64,000 nucleotides of DNA, from assembly GCA_046350775.1 (NCBI GenBank), contig JAXLZS010000001.1, positions 156,379 to 220,378 on the forward strand, in the 5' to 3' direction. The translations under genes were made by a program, and so were the position numbers. The notes under the pieces are model-generated. The model saw nothing but the letters and a program-made list of their open reading frames with translations. It was not told the DNA's origin and ran no database searches. Positions 38,866-48,884 of the stretch are shown here, piece after piece. The DNA is from Minisyncoccota bacterium (lineage in GTDB: Bacteria > Patescibacteriota > Minisyncoccia > Phycocordibacterales > UBA5272). Within the stretch, counting starts at the first letter, position 1. The number at the start of each line of letters is the position of its first letter.

Positions 38866-39330
38866 TTATTTGACCAGAATCTTAACTTTCTTTTTAAAGA
38901 CTTTATCTGTGAGCTCTATCTCAAATTCACCCTTTTGCTTTATAGACTGCTTTCCTATGACTATCTGATCTGGATTAAGAGAAATTTTTATCTTTTTATA
39001 AATAGCGTCTGCTATATCACCTTCTCTGATAGCAGAAAAAAGATGTCCTTTGTCATCAGATTTGTGACCAAGTATTTCTAGAAAACCATCTGATTCAGTA
39101 TTTAATATTTCTTGTAGAGAATTTATAGATTTTATAAAAATATTTTTATCTATCTCTCTTTGGGATTGTTTATTTTTGTTTTCATCTTCTATCTTTTTGA
39201 TAGCTTGTGGAGTCGCTATGATGACTTGCTTTTTTGGAAGAAGTACATTCATGACATATCCATCAGCGAGATCTTTTATCTCACCTCTTCTACCAACTCT
39301 AGCTACATCTTGTATAAAAATCACTTTCAT
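38866..39330 (-). CDS. rplI: 50S ribosomal protein L9
   Basis: MKVIFIQDVARVGRRGEIKDLADGYVMNVLLPKKQVIIATP. Confidence 0.85.
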   Translation of the reverse strand: MKVIFIQDVARVGRRGEIKDLADGYVMNVLLPKKQVIIATPQAIKKIEDENKNKQSQREIDKNIFIKSINSLQEILNTESDGFLEILGHKSDDKGHLFSAIREGDIADAIYKKIKISLNPDQIVIGKQSIKQKGEFEIELTDKVFKKKVKILVK

Positions 39331-39369
39331 ATTTTTAAAAATTATAACAAAAAATCCACAATTAATAAA

Positions 39370-39398
39370 TTGACAAAACTCTTTAATTTTTATAGTAT
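39370..39398 (+). promoter_or_regulatory. sigma70-type promoter (TTGACA-17-TAGTAT) for the 39454 gene
   Basis: Direct reading of the -35 and -10 hexamers with a 17-nt spacer. Confidence 0.5.
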
Positions 39399-39453
39399 AT
39401 TTAAATCAAAACTCGTCCTTTCAATAATTTTTCACCCCTAAAATTAATAAGCC

Positions 39454-39750
39454 ATGGGAAACGATCAGGAAAAAGTAAGGCTGCTTACTATGATAGCAGC
39501 TTTTAAATCTTTAAACGATAATCCAAACATGAAAAGCTATCTTGCGCAAGCTTGTTCAGCAATCTCTGACAATGAGATAAAATATGTAGAAAACAGGATA
39601 AAAGAAATCCAGGAAAAATGTCCGCACAATGGAAACAAGATTATCGAATCAAATTTTTCTATTGTCGAACTGAGATTCAAGCAAAAATGCTGCCTCTGTG
39701 GGCACGTGATAAAAGATGAGATCACCATGAAAGAATTGCTTGAATTGTGA
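39454..39750 (+). CDS. small zinc-finger-like protein (Cys4)
   Basis: CPHNGNK...CCLCGHV. Confidence 0.35.
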   Translation: MGNDQEKVRLLTMIAAFKSLNDNPNMKSYLAQACSAISDNEIKYVENRIKEIQEKCPHNGNKIIESNFSIVELRFKQKCCLCGHVIKDEITMKELLEL

Positions 39751-39814
39751 ATTATCAATTATCAAAAAATCTCTTGAGATACATCAAGAGATTTTTTATT
39801 TTTATTCTAAATCA

Positions 39815-41059
39815 TTATTTAGAATTTTGTATATATTTGACCGCTTCGAGTAGTTGGAGATCAAGGACTTTTCCATTTTCATCAACAGTGGTAGTTGCTG
39901 TACTCGTCGCTATGACATCTGGGACTATGCCAGTCTCAGAAATATTTATACCATTTGGTGTAAACCATTTTGCGACTGTCACTTTGATATCTGATCCGTC
40001 TGACAATTTAATAAGTTGCTGAACACTTCCCTTTCCAAAAGATTTTTCTCCGACTATTGTGGCGACACCATTATCTTTGAGGGCTCCAGCGAGTATCTCA
40101 GAGGCAGAAGCAGATCCACCATCTATCAACACTACCAATTTTAAATTATTATTAAAATAATTGTATCCTTTTGAATAATCTTTTTGATCTTCTCCGTTTT
40201 TACTATTTCTCTCGGTCACTATGACTTTGTCTTTGGTTAAAAAGAAAGAGGCAATATCGACAGCGGAATCGAGATATCCTCCACCATTTCCACGAAGATC
40301 GATAATGAGTCTTGATTTACCAGATTTTAAGAACTCTTGGAGAGCTTGTTCAAATTTTGTAGCAGAATCAGCAGTAAAAGAATAAAAATGAATAATGAAA
40401 GTATCTTCTTTTATTTCTGTATCCAATATTGGGATATTTATTTCTTTTCTCACAATCTTTATCTTTTCAGTCTTTGCCTCACCTTTATGCAACACTTCAA
40501 GTGTGACAGTAGTATCGATATCACCTCTCACGAGACTCACCACTTGATCAGAAGACATCCCTACGGTCAATGTACCATTTACAGAGATGATAATATCTCC
40601 ACCCTTGATACCAGATTTTTCAGCAGGACTATCTTTTATAGTAGATATAATTACCACATTAGAATCTTTGTATCCAATATAGGCACCAATGCCACCAAAT
40701 GTACCTTTGATATTTTCTTCAAATTGCTTTGACTCTTGTGGAGTAAAAAATTCTGTATATGGGTCTTTGTAGCTCTCGACATAGCCTTTGACCATACCAT
40801 ATGCCAAATCTTTAGCTGTAGGTAAAGTAGAAGAAGCTTTCCAAGATATAAAATTATTATCGAGGACTTTTTTAACTTCATACAAAATCTTTGGCACAGT
40901 GACGGGAGAATTGGATGCTGCAGCAGAAGAAAAAACATTTGACGGACTAAGTGAAAAATTAGCGAACATATATCCTAAAGCAAAAAAGAAAATTGCTATG
41001 ACGCCGATATATACGTATTTGACTCTCGTATTTAAATGTTTGTAAAAATAATTTTTCAT
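39815..41059 (-). CDS. ctpA: carboxy-terminal processing protease (S41, with PDZ domain)
   Basis: GGIGAYIGYKD, a PDZ domain, and the S41 catalytic region VVLIDGGSASASEILAGALKDNGVATIVGEKSFGKGSVQ. Confidence 0.8.
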   Translation of the reverse strand: MKNYFYKHLNTRVKYVYIGVIAIFFFALGYMFANFSLSPSNVFSSAAASNSPVTVPKILYEVKKVLDNNFISWKASSTLPTAKDLAYGMVKGYVESYKDPYTEFFTPQESKQFEENIKGTFGGIGAYIGYKDSNVVIISTIKDSPAEKSGIKGGDIIISVNGTLTVGMSSDQVVSLVRGDIDTTVTLEVLHKGEAKTEKIKIVRKEINIPILDTEIKEDTFIIHFYSFTADSATKFEQALQEFLKSGKSRLIIDLRGNGGGYLDSAVDIASFFLTKDKVIVTERNSKNGEDQKDYSKGYNYFNNNLKLVVLIDGGSASASEILAGALKDNGVATIVGEKSFGKGSVQQLIKLSDGSDIKVTVAKWFTPNGINISETGIVPDVIATSTATTTVDENGKVLDLQLLEAVKYIQNSK

Positions 41060-41140
41060 AATTAAATATATTTATGGATAAATTATAGCATAATATTTTC
41101 AGTGAGATTTTATTAGGTTTTTATGCTAAAATAGAAAAAT

Positions 41141-42385
41141 ATGAAAGAAATACATTTTTACAACACTCTCAGTAAAGAGAAAGATTTATTTAAAACTATC
41201 GACGAAAAAGAAGTCAAAATCTACTCTTGCGGTCCTACTGTATATCACTATGCCCACCTTGGCAATCTGAGAGCATATGTATTTGCAGATATTTTAAATA
41301 ATACATTACGTGAGGCTGGATATAATGTAAAGCATCAGATCAATATCACAGATGTGGGACATTTGACTGGAGAAAATGAGGGCGACGCAAATAACGGAGA
41401 AGATAAATTAGAAAAAGGAGCAAAAAGAGAAGGAAAATCCGTATGGGAGGTAGCAGAATTTTACACACAAGCATTTTATTCTGATTTAAAAGATTTAAAT
41501 ATTGATAAAGAAAAATTTATCTGGACTAAAGCGACTGACTATATAAAAGAACAGATAGATATGATAAAAATCCTAGAAGAAAAAGGATACACATACAAGA
41601 CCAGTGACGGAATCTATTTTGACACTTCAAAATTTGAAAAATACACAGAGCTTGCACACATTGATATCGAAGGTCTGCAAAAAGGAAAAAGAATAGAAGA
41701 TGAAAATAATGAAAAGAAAAATAAGACAGACTTTGCTTTGTGGAAATTTTCACCTACAAATGAAAAAAGACAAATGGAGTGGGATTCTCCTTGGGGTGTC
41801 GGATTTCCAGGATGGCATATCGAGTGTAGTGCCATGATCAAAGCTGTGCTTGGCGATCATATCGATATCCATACAGGAGGAATAGATCATATACCAGTTC
41901 ATCATACAAATGAAATAGCTCAAAGTGAGTCAACCTGTGATGATGGAAAAAGATTTGTAAATTTTTGGATGCATGTTAATTTTCTAAACGCTGACAAAGG
42001 AAAAATGAGTAAAAGTAGTGGAGACTTTTTAAGACTTGAAACTCTTAAAGAAAAAAATATTAATCCTCTAGCCTATAGATATTTACTTCTCATGACACAT
42101 TACAGAAAAGAAATAAAATTCTCTTTTGAGTCACTCGAAGCTGCGGAAAATGCGTATAATAAACTATTGAAGCAAGTAGAAAAAATCAAAGGAGAAACTG
42201 TAGAAAAATTAAGTGATGCTGGAGAAAAATATTTTGATAAATTTGTCTCAGCTATGAATGACGATCTCAATACTTCTATTGCTCTTGCTACACTTTGGTC
42301 AATACTCGGAGATAAAGAATTATCAAATCAAGAAAAATATACTTTAATGTTAAAGACTAATAAATATTTAGGATTAGGGATATAA
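41141..42385 (+). CDS. cysS: cysteinyl-tRNA synthetase (short form)
   Basis: CGPTVYHYAHLGNLRAY HIGH region, KMSKSSGDF, and Zn-binding Cys/His. Confidence 0.9.
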   Translation: MKEIHFYNTLSKEKDLFKTIDEKEVKIYSCGPTVYHYAHLGNLRAYVFADILNNTLREAGYNVKHQINITDVGHLTGENEGDANNGEDKLEKGAKREGKSVWEVAEFYTQAFYSDLKDLNIDKEKFIWTKATDYIKEQIDMIKILEEKGYTYKTSDGIYFDTSKFEKYTELAHIDIEGLQKGKRIEDENNEKKNKTDFALWKFSPTNEKRQMEWDSPWGVGFPGWHIECSAMIKAVLGDHIDIHTGGIDHIPVHHTNEIAQSESTCDDGKRFVNFWMHVNFLNADKGKMSKSSGDFLRLETLKEKNINPLAYRYLLLMTHYRKEIKFSFESLEAAENAYNKLLKQVEKIKGETVEKLSDAGEKYFDKFVSAMNDDLNTSIALATLWSILGDKELSNQEKYTLMLKTNKYLGLGI

Positions 42386-42422
42386 AAAATACCAATATTC
42401 AACTTCTTGTTAAATATTGGTA

Positions 42423-42734
42423 TCAAGAATTTTTAATAAAAAGAAAAACAATACTGTAATTAAGATCATCTCTATAAACCAGAGCAAAAGGTATTTGTTT
42501 GTTTTTATTATCTTTTGTATAAAAAGATAAAAAATACAAAGTCCCTGACAAAATAAAAGCTCCATCTTTTATCTTGTTCTCTGCGTCATATTGAGAATCT
42601 ACAATTCCAGGAGTAGTAAAAAACGAATACTCTACGTTTTGACTTTGTGACTTTTCTTTTTTTAAAAATTCAGATATTTTTTCCGTGACAAAACTATGAG
42701 CTAAGTTTTCATCAATGAATGAAAATCTTTTCAT
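42423..42734 (-). CDS. hypothetical protein
   Basis: ORF only. Confidence 0.3.
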   Translation of the reverse strand: MKRFSFIDENLAHSFVTEKISEFLKKEKSQSQNVEYSFFTTPGIVDSQYDAENKIKDGAFILSGTLYFLSFYTKDNKNKQIPFALVYRDDLNYSIVFLFIKNS

Positions 42735-42816
42735 TTAAAAGGATTTTTTAAGTTATTAACTTTCTCCACAGAGAATAACATAAAAAATAATTAGTATCAA
42801 TAGTAGTTTTTTTGAT

Positions 42817-44340
42817 ATGATTAGTCTATTAAAAAATGGGGCGATAATTATTTATAAAAATATGCTAACACCACAAGATCTAGCAAAACAAAGTGGAAAT
42901 ACAAAAAATAAAAATTATTCTAAAAATAATTTTCAAAATAAAAATATACTTTCACCTTTTGATGATCTGTCTGGTGTTCGAGTCCCACCTCAAGATCTAG
43001 AAACAGAAAAGGCTCTACTCGGATCACTTCTTCTTGTGCCAGATTCATTTTATGAAGTGGCACACATCATAGATAGAGATGATTTTTATTCTGAAAAACA
43101 TAAAACTATCTATGACACTATCTCTGATCTCGTAAATAAAAAAGAGCCTGTCGATCTACTGACTGTCTCCTCAAAGCTTCGTGAAAAAAAAGAATTGGAG
43201 CAAATCGGTGGAACTGATTATCTTTCCAATCTTCTAGGACTCGTCGGATCTGCGGCCAATATAGTCTATTATGCAAATATAATAAAAAAGAAATCAGTAT
43301 TACGAAAATTAATTATAGCCGGAAGTCATATTGGAGAAATAGCTTTTAGTGAAGAAAATGAACTAGAAAATATTTTGGAAGAAGCTGAGAGGAAAATCTA
43401 CGAGATCACAAGTGGTAATGGTGGCGATAGTGAACTCGTGTCTATGAAAGATCTCGGAGAAGAGGCCATCTCTAGATTTATACACCTAGCAGAAAATCCT
43501 ACTGAAGTCCGTGGTGTACCAACAGGATTTAAAGAGCTTGATAATAAATTGTCAGGCTTTCAAAAATCAGATCTTATAATTCTCGCCGCGCGTCCATCTG
43601 TCGGTAAGACTTCTCTCGCTCTAGATCTTGCTCGCAACGCTGCCATAAAAGGTGGAGTGCCTACAGTTATATTTTCACTTGAAATGAGTAAACAGCAGTT
43701 GGTAGACAGAATGCTTTCCGCTGAGGCTCAGGTTGATGGATGGAAACTACGCACAGGAAAATTGAGTGTAGATGAAGAATTAGAAAGACTTCAAGAAGGC
43801 ATGCACAAACTCATGCAAGCTCCAATATTTATAGATGATAAACCGGCCAATACAATAATGAATATGCGTAGTGTGCTAAGAAAATTAAATCATGACAAAC
43901 CTGTAGGACTAGTGATAGTAGACTATCTACAACTCATGGGTACATCTCGCACTTATGAAAACATGGTCAATCAAGTAACTGAGATCTCAAGATCGTTGAA
44001 AGGTCTCGCCAAAGAATTTAATGTGCCTGTCATAGCACTCTCACAGCTTTCTCGTAATGTAGAGCAACGTGGTGGACGTCCTCGCCTCTCAGACTTGCGT
44101 GACTCAGGATCTATTGAGCAAGATGCGGATATTGTGATGTTTATTCACAGAGAAGACAAACATAGTGAAAATACTGAAAAGAAAAATATCGTCGAGATTA
44201 TGATTGAAAAACACAGAAATGGTCCAACTGGCATAGTAGAGCTATACTTCGACAACAAAAAGACATCTTTCTTGTCTATCGAGAAAAATGAGTTTGGTGA
44301 TTTTGAAATGCCAAAAGTTGATGGTCTAGATGATTTTTAA
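42817..44340 (+). CDS. dnaB: replicative DNA helicase DnaB
   Basis: VPPQDLETEKALLGSLL N-terminal domain, Walker A ARPSVGKTSLAL, and a RecA-like C-terminal domain. The start codon is ambiguous (42817 or about 42862). Confidence 0.9.
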   Translation: MISLLKNGAIIIYKNMLTPQDLAKQSGNTKNKNYSKNNFQNKNILSPFDDLSGVRVPPQDLETEKALLGSLLLVPDSFYEVAHIIDRDDFYSEKHKTIYDTISDLVNKKEPVDLLTVSSKLREKKELEQIGGTDYLSNLLGLVGSAANIVYYANIIKKKSVLRKLIIAGSHIGEIAFSEENELENILEEAERKIYEITSGNGGDSELVSMKDLGEEAISRFIHLAENPTEVRGVPTGFKELDNKLSGFQKSDLIILAARPSVGKTSLALDLARNAAIKGGVPTVIFSLEMSKQQLVDRMLSAEAQVDGWKLRTGKLSVDEELERLQEGMHKLMQAPIFIDDKPANTIMNMRSVLRKLNHDKPVGLVIVDYLQLMGTSRTYENMVNQVTEISRSLKGLAKEFNVPVIALSQLSRNVEQRGGRPRLSDLRDSGSIEQDADIVMFIHREDKHSENTEKKNIVEIMIEKHRNGPTGIVELYFDNKKTSFLSIEKNEFGDFEMPKVDGLDDF

Positions 44341-44358
44341 AAATCAAAATATAATAAT

Positions 44359-45321
44359 ATGCCAGAAAATATAAAAAATTCTTCTAGTAAGAATAAAGTA
44401 GAAGAAAATAATACTAACCTATTAAAAGAAATACCAAATCAATATAAAGATTTGGATGCTGATACTTTAGAATTTATCTGGGCAAATGAAAACTCTATTC
44501 CCATATCGAGTAACCCAGAAAAACAAAAAGAAAGAGATTTAGAATTGCGAAAGAGGAAAGAAATCATTGCAAAAAAGAGAGTTTTAGATGAAAAATATCT
44601 AATAACATCTAATGAATCTAAAAATACTTCTGAAAACATTGAAAATAAAAAAACTCCACCTATAAATTATATAGATGTAAAGATTGATGATGAATATATG
44701 AAAAAGAATTTAACTTCAAATGGTGGATTAATAATGACAGGCGGACAAGCTAATTGGAATGGAGAGGTTGATATAATGCGATATATCATCTCTGATAAAC
44801 TGTCCCCAGCATATAGAATGATTGCTCAAGATAGAATTGAAAAAATAAAAGCTAACCAAGAGAAGACATATCAACATGAGTCTCACCATATTCTCAATAG
44901 AGAGAATAATCTAACTCCTCACCTAGCAGCAAAAAATCTAAGAGAATTTTTAGCATTTCGCGTACTGGATGAATTGTCTGCTTTTTCTACTGGAGAGTTA
45001 TATAATACAGATATAAATGTAGAAAATATTTTTCAAGCTCTCAAAATATCAGAGCAAAAAATTATAGATTCTTATTATGGGGAACCATTCCAAAAAGAAG
45101 CTAACTGGTATTTAAATCAACATAAAAATGATCCCGTAATTCTCTCTAGAGAAATTAATTCAGAAAAATATCATCAAATATTAAAACAATATTTCCAAAT
45201 CAAAGAACAAGATATTTTATCTATACTACAAAAAGAAAATAAAATGACAGAATTTAAAAAAATAGTTGATAATTTAATTATTAAACTTGACCCATTAATT
45301 AATAATTTAAAAATGCTATAA
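44359..45321 (+). CDS. hypothetical K/N-rich protein between dnaB and recR
   Basis: ORF only. Confidence 0.35.
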   Translation: MPENIKNSSSKNKVEENNTNLLKEIPNQYKDLDADTLEFIWANENSIPISSNPEKQKERDLELRKRKEIIAKKRVLDEKYLITSNESKNTSENIENKKTPPINYIDVKIDDEYMKKNLTSNGGLIMTGGQANWNGEVDIMRYIISDKLSPAYRMIAQDRIEKIKANQEKTYQHESHHILNRENNLTPHLAAKNLREFLAFRVLDELSAFSTGELYNTDINVENIFQALKISEQKIIDSYYGEPFQKEANWYLNQHKNDPVILSREINSEKYHQILKQYFQIKEQDILSILQKENKMTEFKKIVDNLIIKLDPLINNLKML

Positions 45322-45338
45322 TTTTAGAATCATTTATT

Positions 45339-45971
45339 ATGAATCCTACAGAAAAACTACAAGAAATGTTTTTAAAATTCCCTGGCATTGGCCCAAAGCA
45401 AGCTGCTAGATTTGTATATTTTTTACTTCGCTCCAGAACTGACTATAAAGTAGAGCTAGCAAGAAATATAGAAATGCTAAAAGACTCGTCTCATATCTGC
45501 GAGAGATGTCTTCGTGTATTTAGTAAATCAAATAATATAAACGAAAAAAGAATCTGCGACATTTGTGACAACAAAAATCGTGACAATAAATCACTCATGA
45601 TAGTCGTCAAAGAGCTCGATATAGACGCTATAGAAAAGACTGGATTTTATAATGGAAAATATTTTGTACTCGGTGCGACTCTTCCATTTCTGACAGAAAA
45701 GCCTAGCGAGGTCATCAATATAAGAGAGCTTGTAAATCTCATACATTCTGATCTGCAAAAACAAGAAGAAAAAATCGAGGAAATAATCTTCGCTTTACCA
45801 GCTACAGATGAAGGAGAAAATACTATAGAATATTTAAAAAAGACTCTCTCACAGATCGTCGGTATAGAAAAAGTAAAAATGTCTACTCTGGCTAGAGGTC
45901 TCTCTACTGGACTCGATATAGAATATGTAGATAGAAATACTTTCCAGCAAGCCTTCACACACAGAGAATAA
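45339..45971 (+). CDS. recR: recombination protein RecR
   Basis: FPGIGPKQAARFVYFLL HhH motif, C4 zinc finger (CERC...CDIC), Toprim domain. Confidence 0.85.
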   Translation: MNPTEKLQEMFLKFPGIGPKQAARFVYFLLRSRTDYKVELARNIEMLKDSSHICERCLRVFSKSNNINEKRICDICDNKNRDNKSLMIVVKELDIDAIEKTGFYNGKYFVLGATLPFLTEKPSEVINIRELVNLIHSDLQKQEEKIEEIIFALPATDEGENTIEYLKKTLSQIVGIEKVKMSTLARGLSTGLDIEYVDRNTFQQAFTHRE

Positions 45972-45980
45972 AAATAGAAA

Positions 45981-46017
45981 AATAAAAACTCGTAATTTCT
46001 TACGAGTTTTTATTTTA
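45981..46017. terminator. bidirectional terminator between recR and rplU
   Basis: actcgtaa-tttc-ttacgagt 8-bp stem with an A-run and a T-run. Confidence 0.65.
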
Positions 46018-46022
46018 ATTTA

Positions 46023-46349
46023 TTAGATAGATAAAACTTTAACTTCAAAATATGGTTGTCTGTGACCATTTCTCTTGAAATAGCGAGACTTTGGCATATA
46101 TTTCACCACTTCTACAGTCTTGTGCTTTGCAATATCGACTATCTCAGCATCTACTTTAGCTCCAGACACAAAAGGAGTACCAACTTTCACGTCTTCTCCA
46201 TTTGCTACAAGCAAAACATTCTCAAAAGAGAGTTTATCACCGACATTATATTCACCAATAATCTTTTCGATTTTGATTTTACTGCCGACTTCCACTTTGT
46301 ATTCCTTACCACCTGTTTGAATAACTGCAAAATTAGTCATATATTTCAA
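46023..46349 (-). CDS. rplU: 50S ribosomal protein L21
   Basis: FAVIQTGGKEYKVEVGSKIKIEKI matches the L21 N-terminus. Confidence 0.8.
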   Translation of the reverse strand: MKYMTNFAVIQTGGKEYKVEVGSKIKIEKIIGEYNVGDKLSFENVLLVANGEDVKVGTPFVSGAKVDAEIVDIAKHKTVEVVKYMPKSRYFKRNGHRQPYFEVKVLSI

Positions 46350-46385
46350 TAGTTTTTAATAAATTAAAGCTTTTTTAATACGTTA

Positions 46386-46414
46386 ATATTAACATAAAAG
46401 TCCTTTTTTTGCAA
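46386..46414 (-). promoter_or_regulatory. sigma70-type promoter (TTGCAA-17-TAATAT) for rplU
   Basis: Direct reading on the - strand. Confidence 0.45.
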
Positions 46415-46470
46415 ATAAAAAGGAGATCTCTCAAATATATCTTGTATATAAGAAATCTCCTTAAAATAAT

Positions 46471-46740
46471 TCATTTTTTATTTCCCTTTGGAATTATTAT
46501 GGGTTTTGAATAATGTAAATCGGATTCATACCGAATAATATTCAAAACTTTTGCTTTTTTACTGCCGACAAAAACTCTTTTATTTATCTGAGAAAAAGAC
46601 AAAATGTCTTCTCTTGATAAACTGACTTGTCTTCCACAGAATACACATTTTATGATTTTTGAATTTTCTTTATCAAGAAGAATGTGTCCTGACTCCGTCT
46701 GACAAACAGGGCAAATATGCGTAAATTTTTTTTCCGCCAT
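46471..46740 (-). CDS. small zinc-ribbon protein
   Basis: CPVCQTE...CVFCGRQV. Confidence 0.4.
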   Translation of the reverse strand: MAEKKFTHICPVCQTESGHILLDKENSKIIKCVFCGRQVSLSREDILSFSQINKRVFVGSKKAKVLNIIRYESDLHYSKPIIIPKGNKK

Positions 46741-46804
46741 TTTATTAAATTTTTAAAGGGTTATATATTTAATATAACATTTTTAAAAAAACTGTCAATA
46801 TAAA

Positions 46805-46832
46805 AGAAAAAACCCGTGAATACGGGCTTTTT
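46805..46832. terminator. stem-loop terminator (cccgt-gaat-acggg), bidirectional A/T flanks
   Basis: Hairpin plus T-runs on both strands. Confidence 0.55.
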
Positions 46833-46841
46833 ATTAAACTT

Positions 46842-47348
46842 TTAATAAATTTCACATCTCTCAAGGAGCTGGAAAAATTCTTTCTTCACATTATTTGTGA
46901 ATTTTTTAATTCTCGCACCATTTTCGAGAGAATCTTTTAATGATTTTAAAGACCTGTCTGGCGGTTGAGACTTCAACGCAAGACCCAGACCAAAATGAGT
47001 CCAGATCTTGTTCTGATCCAAATATACAAGAATCTCGCCGACAGTGTTAGCTTTTATAATCAAAGTTTCCTCAATAAAAGAATAATCAGAGTCCACATTT
47101 TCGGGATCTTTGATCTTAATGGAGGGATAAAACACTCCTTTTTTATGTGATGATTTGTTTATTATTTTCAAAAAATCTTCCTCGGAGATTTTTTGAGTTA
47201 CAGACAGGCAATATTTATCACCCGTTTTTACAAAAGAAATCCTGGACTTCGAGTTGTTCAGAATTCCTGTTTCTCTCAAAAAATCCGTAAAATATTCTGA
47301 TAAAAGATCAGATATTTCGGATCTTGTTTTCGTGATTTCTTCTCCCAT
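46842..47348 (-). CDS. hypothetical protein
   Basis: ORF preceded by a perfect sigma70 promoter. Confidence 0.4.
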   Translation of the reverse strand: MGEEITKTRSEISDLLSEYFTDFLRETGILNNSKSRISFVKTGDKYCLSVTQKISEEDFLKIINKSSHKKGVFYPSIKIKDPENVDSDYSFIEETLIIKANTVGEILVYLDQNKIWTHFGLGLALKSQPPDRSLKSLKDSLENGARIKKFTNNVKKEFFQLLERCEIY

Positions 47349-47401
47349 AATAAGTTTATTTTTAAATTGTGAGAAATATAAAGAACTTTTTTATCAATTT
47401 A

Positions 47402-47430
47402 AATTATAACAATATATTAATATTTTGTCA
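47402..47430 (-). promoter_or_regulatory. consensus sigma70 promoter TTGACA-17-TATAAT for the 46842..47348 gene
   Basis: - strand reads ttgaca aaatattaatatattgt tataat. Confidence 0.6.
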
Positions 47431-47436
47431 AATATA

Positions 47437-48882
47437 TTAAATTAATTTCAAAAATTTTTCACCTCTATCGTATTCATTTAAAAACATTCCAAAACTAGCA
47501 AAACCAGGAGAAAAAAGAATGATATCGCCTGATCCAGCTTTTTCTTTGGCTATTTCTACAGCCTTTTCTAAACTCTCAGCAAAGATATAATCAGAAAAAT
47601 TTTCTTCTTCCATTTTTTCTAAAGCTTTTTTAGTACCTGTGGTAGTCTCATCTGATAAAAAGATGATATCTTTTATTTTTCCTTCATTTTTATTTTTAAT
47701 CAACTTTTCTATATAATTTTCTATTTCTAATTTTTTATCAGTACCACCCGTTATCAAAATTATTTTTTTATTTACATTTCTAAAAGCATTAATAGCTGCT
47801 ACCGTCGCCTCGCCTGTCGTCGCAGTAGTATCATTGTAATATTCTACGCCATTTTCTTCTTTTACTAGCTCCAATCTTCCTGAGACACCTTTAAAATTTT
47901 TGACTGAATTTTTTATCGAATCCAGATCAATATTGAGCTCTAAAGCTACTCTGACAGCGAGAGAAATATTGAGTCTATTGTGTTCGCCTTTTAGCTGACT
48001 CTCAAAAATATCTTCATCTTTTTTTATATCTTCTTTATTTAAAAATATTTTCTTATTTTTAGAATCATTATAAATATTTCTATATTCTGCTTTAAGATAT
48101 TTCTCTAGACATATTTTTAATCCATCTTCAGCTACTAAGACAGAATTTTCATTTTGATAAAGAAATGTCTGAGCTTTATCAGTAAAATATTCACTCATAT
48201 CATCTTTATAATAATTCATATGATCACGCATCAAATTTGTAAAGATAGCGATATCTCCACTAAATTTTATATTTTCAAATCCTTGAGAAATCCAAGAGTC
48301 GGACTCCATGACAACAATATCTTTTTCTTTTAACTTCTCTAAAAGCTCAATTGTGGAAATTCCTTGTATATTGCCACCAAGATAAACTTCTCTATCTTTA
48401 TAAAATTCTGAGAGAATAGAAAAAATCAGATTGGTAGTAGTAGTCTTTCCTCGTGTGCCAGTTATAGTAATTATTTTAATTTTATTTTCTTTTTCTAAAT
48501 TATTATTAAAATCTCTGACTATATTTAAAAATAAAGAACTCTCTTGATAGACTGGAATATTATTTTCTCTTGCATGATTTAAATAAACATTATCTTTTGG
48601 CACTCCGCTAGCTTGGACAACATAGTCACAATTAATAAAATCTTTCATCTCATGCTTTCCAAAAACAAATTTTATATTCTCTTCTCCGATATTATTTTCG
48701 AGCATCCAATTTTTTAATTCCAAAATCTGATCTTTAAAAAAAGATTCTTCTTTCGTGTCCGTCACGAGTACTTGCGCATTATTTTTTAAAAGAAACTTTA
48801 CCGCTCCCAATCCGCGACCAAGCACTCCAAATCCTTGCTTTGTAATTTTCTTGTTTTCAAAATATGCTTTATAATTATCCAT
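47437..48882 (-). CDS. murD: UDP-N-acetylmuramoylalanine--D-glutamate ligase
   Basis: N-terminal Rossmann-like GVLGRGLGAVKFL and Mur ligase P-loop ITGTRGKTTTT. Confidence 0.8.
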   Translation of the reverse strand: MDNYKAYFENKKITKQGFGVLGRGLGAVKFLLKNNAQVLVTDTKEESFFKDQILELKNWMLENNIGEENIKFVFGKHEMKDFINCDYVVQASGVPKDNVYLNHARENNIPVYQESSLFLNIVRDFNNNLEKENKIKIITITGTRGKTTTTNLIFSILSEFYKDREVYLGGNIQGISTIELLEKLKEKDIVVMESDSWISQGFENIKFSGDIAIFTNLMRDHMNYYKDDMSEYFTDKAQTFLYQNENSVLVAEDGLKICLEKYLKAEYRNIYNDSKNKKIFLNKEDIKKDEDIFESQLKGEHNRLNISLAVRVALELNIDLDSIKNSVKNFKGVSGRLELVKEENGVEYYNDTTATTGEATVAAINAFRNVNKKIILITGGTDKKLEIENYIEKLIKNKNEGKIKDIIFLSDETTTGTKKALEKMEEENFSDYIFAESLEKAVEIAKEKAGSGDIILFSPGFASFGMFLNEYDRGEKFLKLI

Positions 48883-48884
48883 TT

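Noticed and set aside
41060-41140. Inverted repeat tagcataa...ttatgcta upstream of cysS as a regulatory hairpin or T-box remnant
   Set aside because: Short AT-rich stem with a 30-nt loop. Not distinguishable from chance in this composition.
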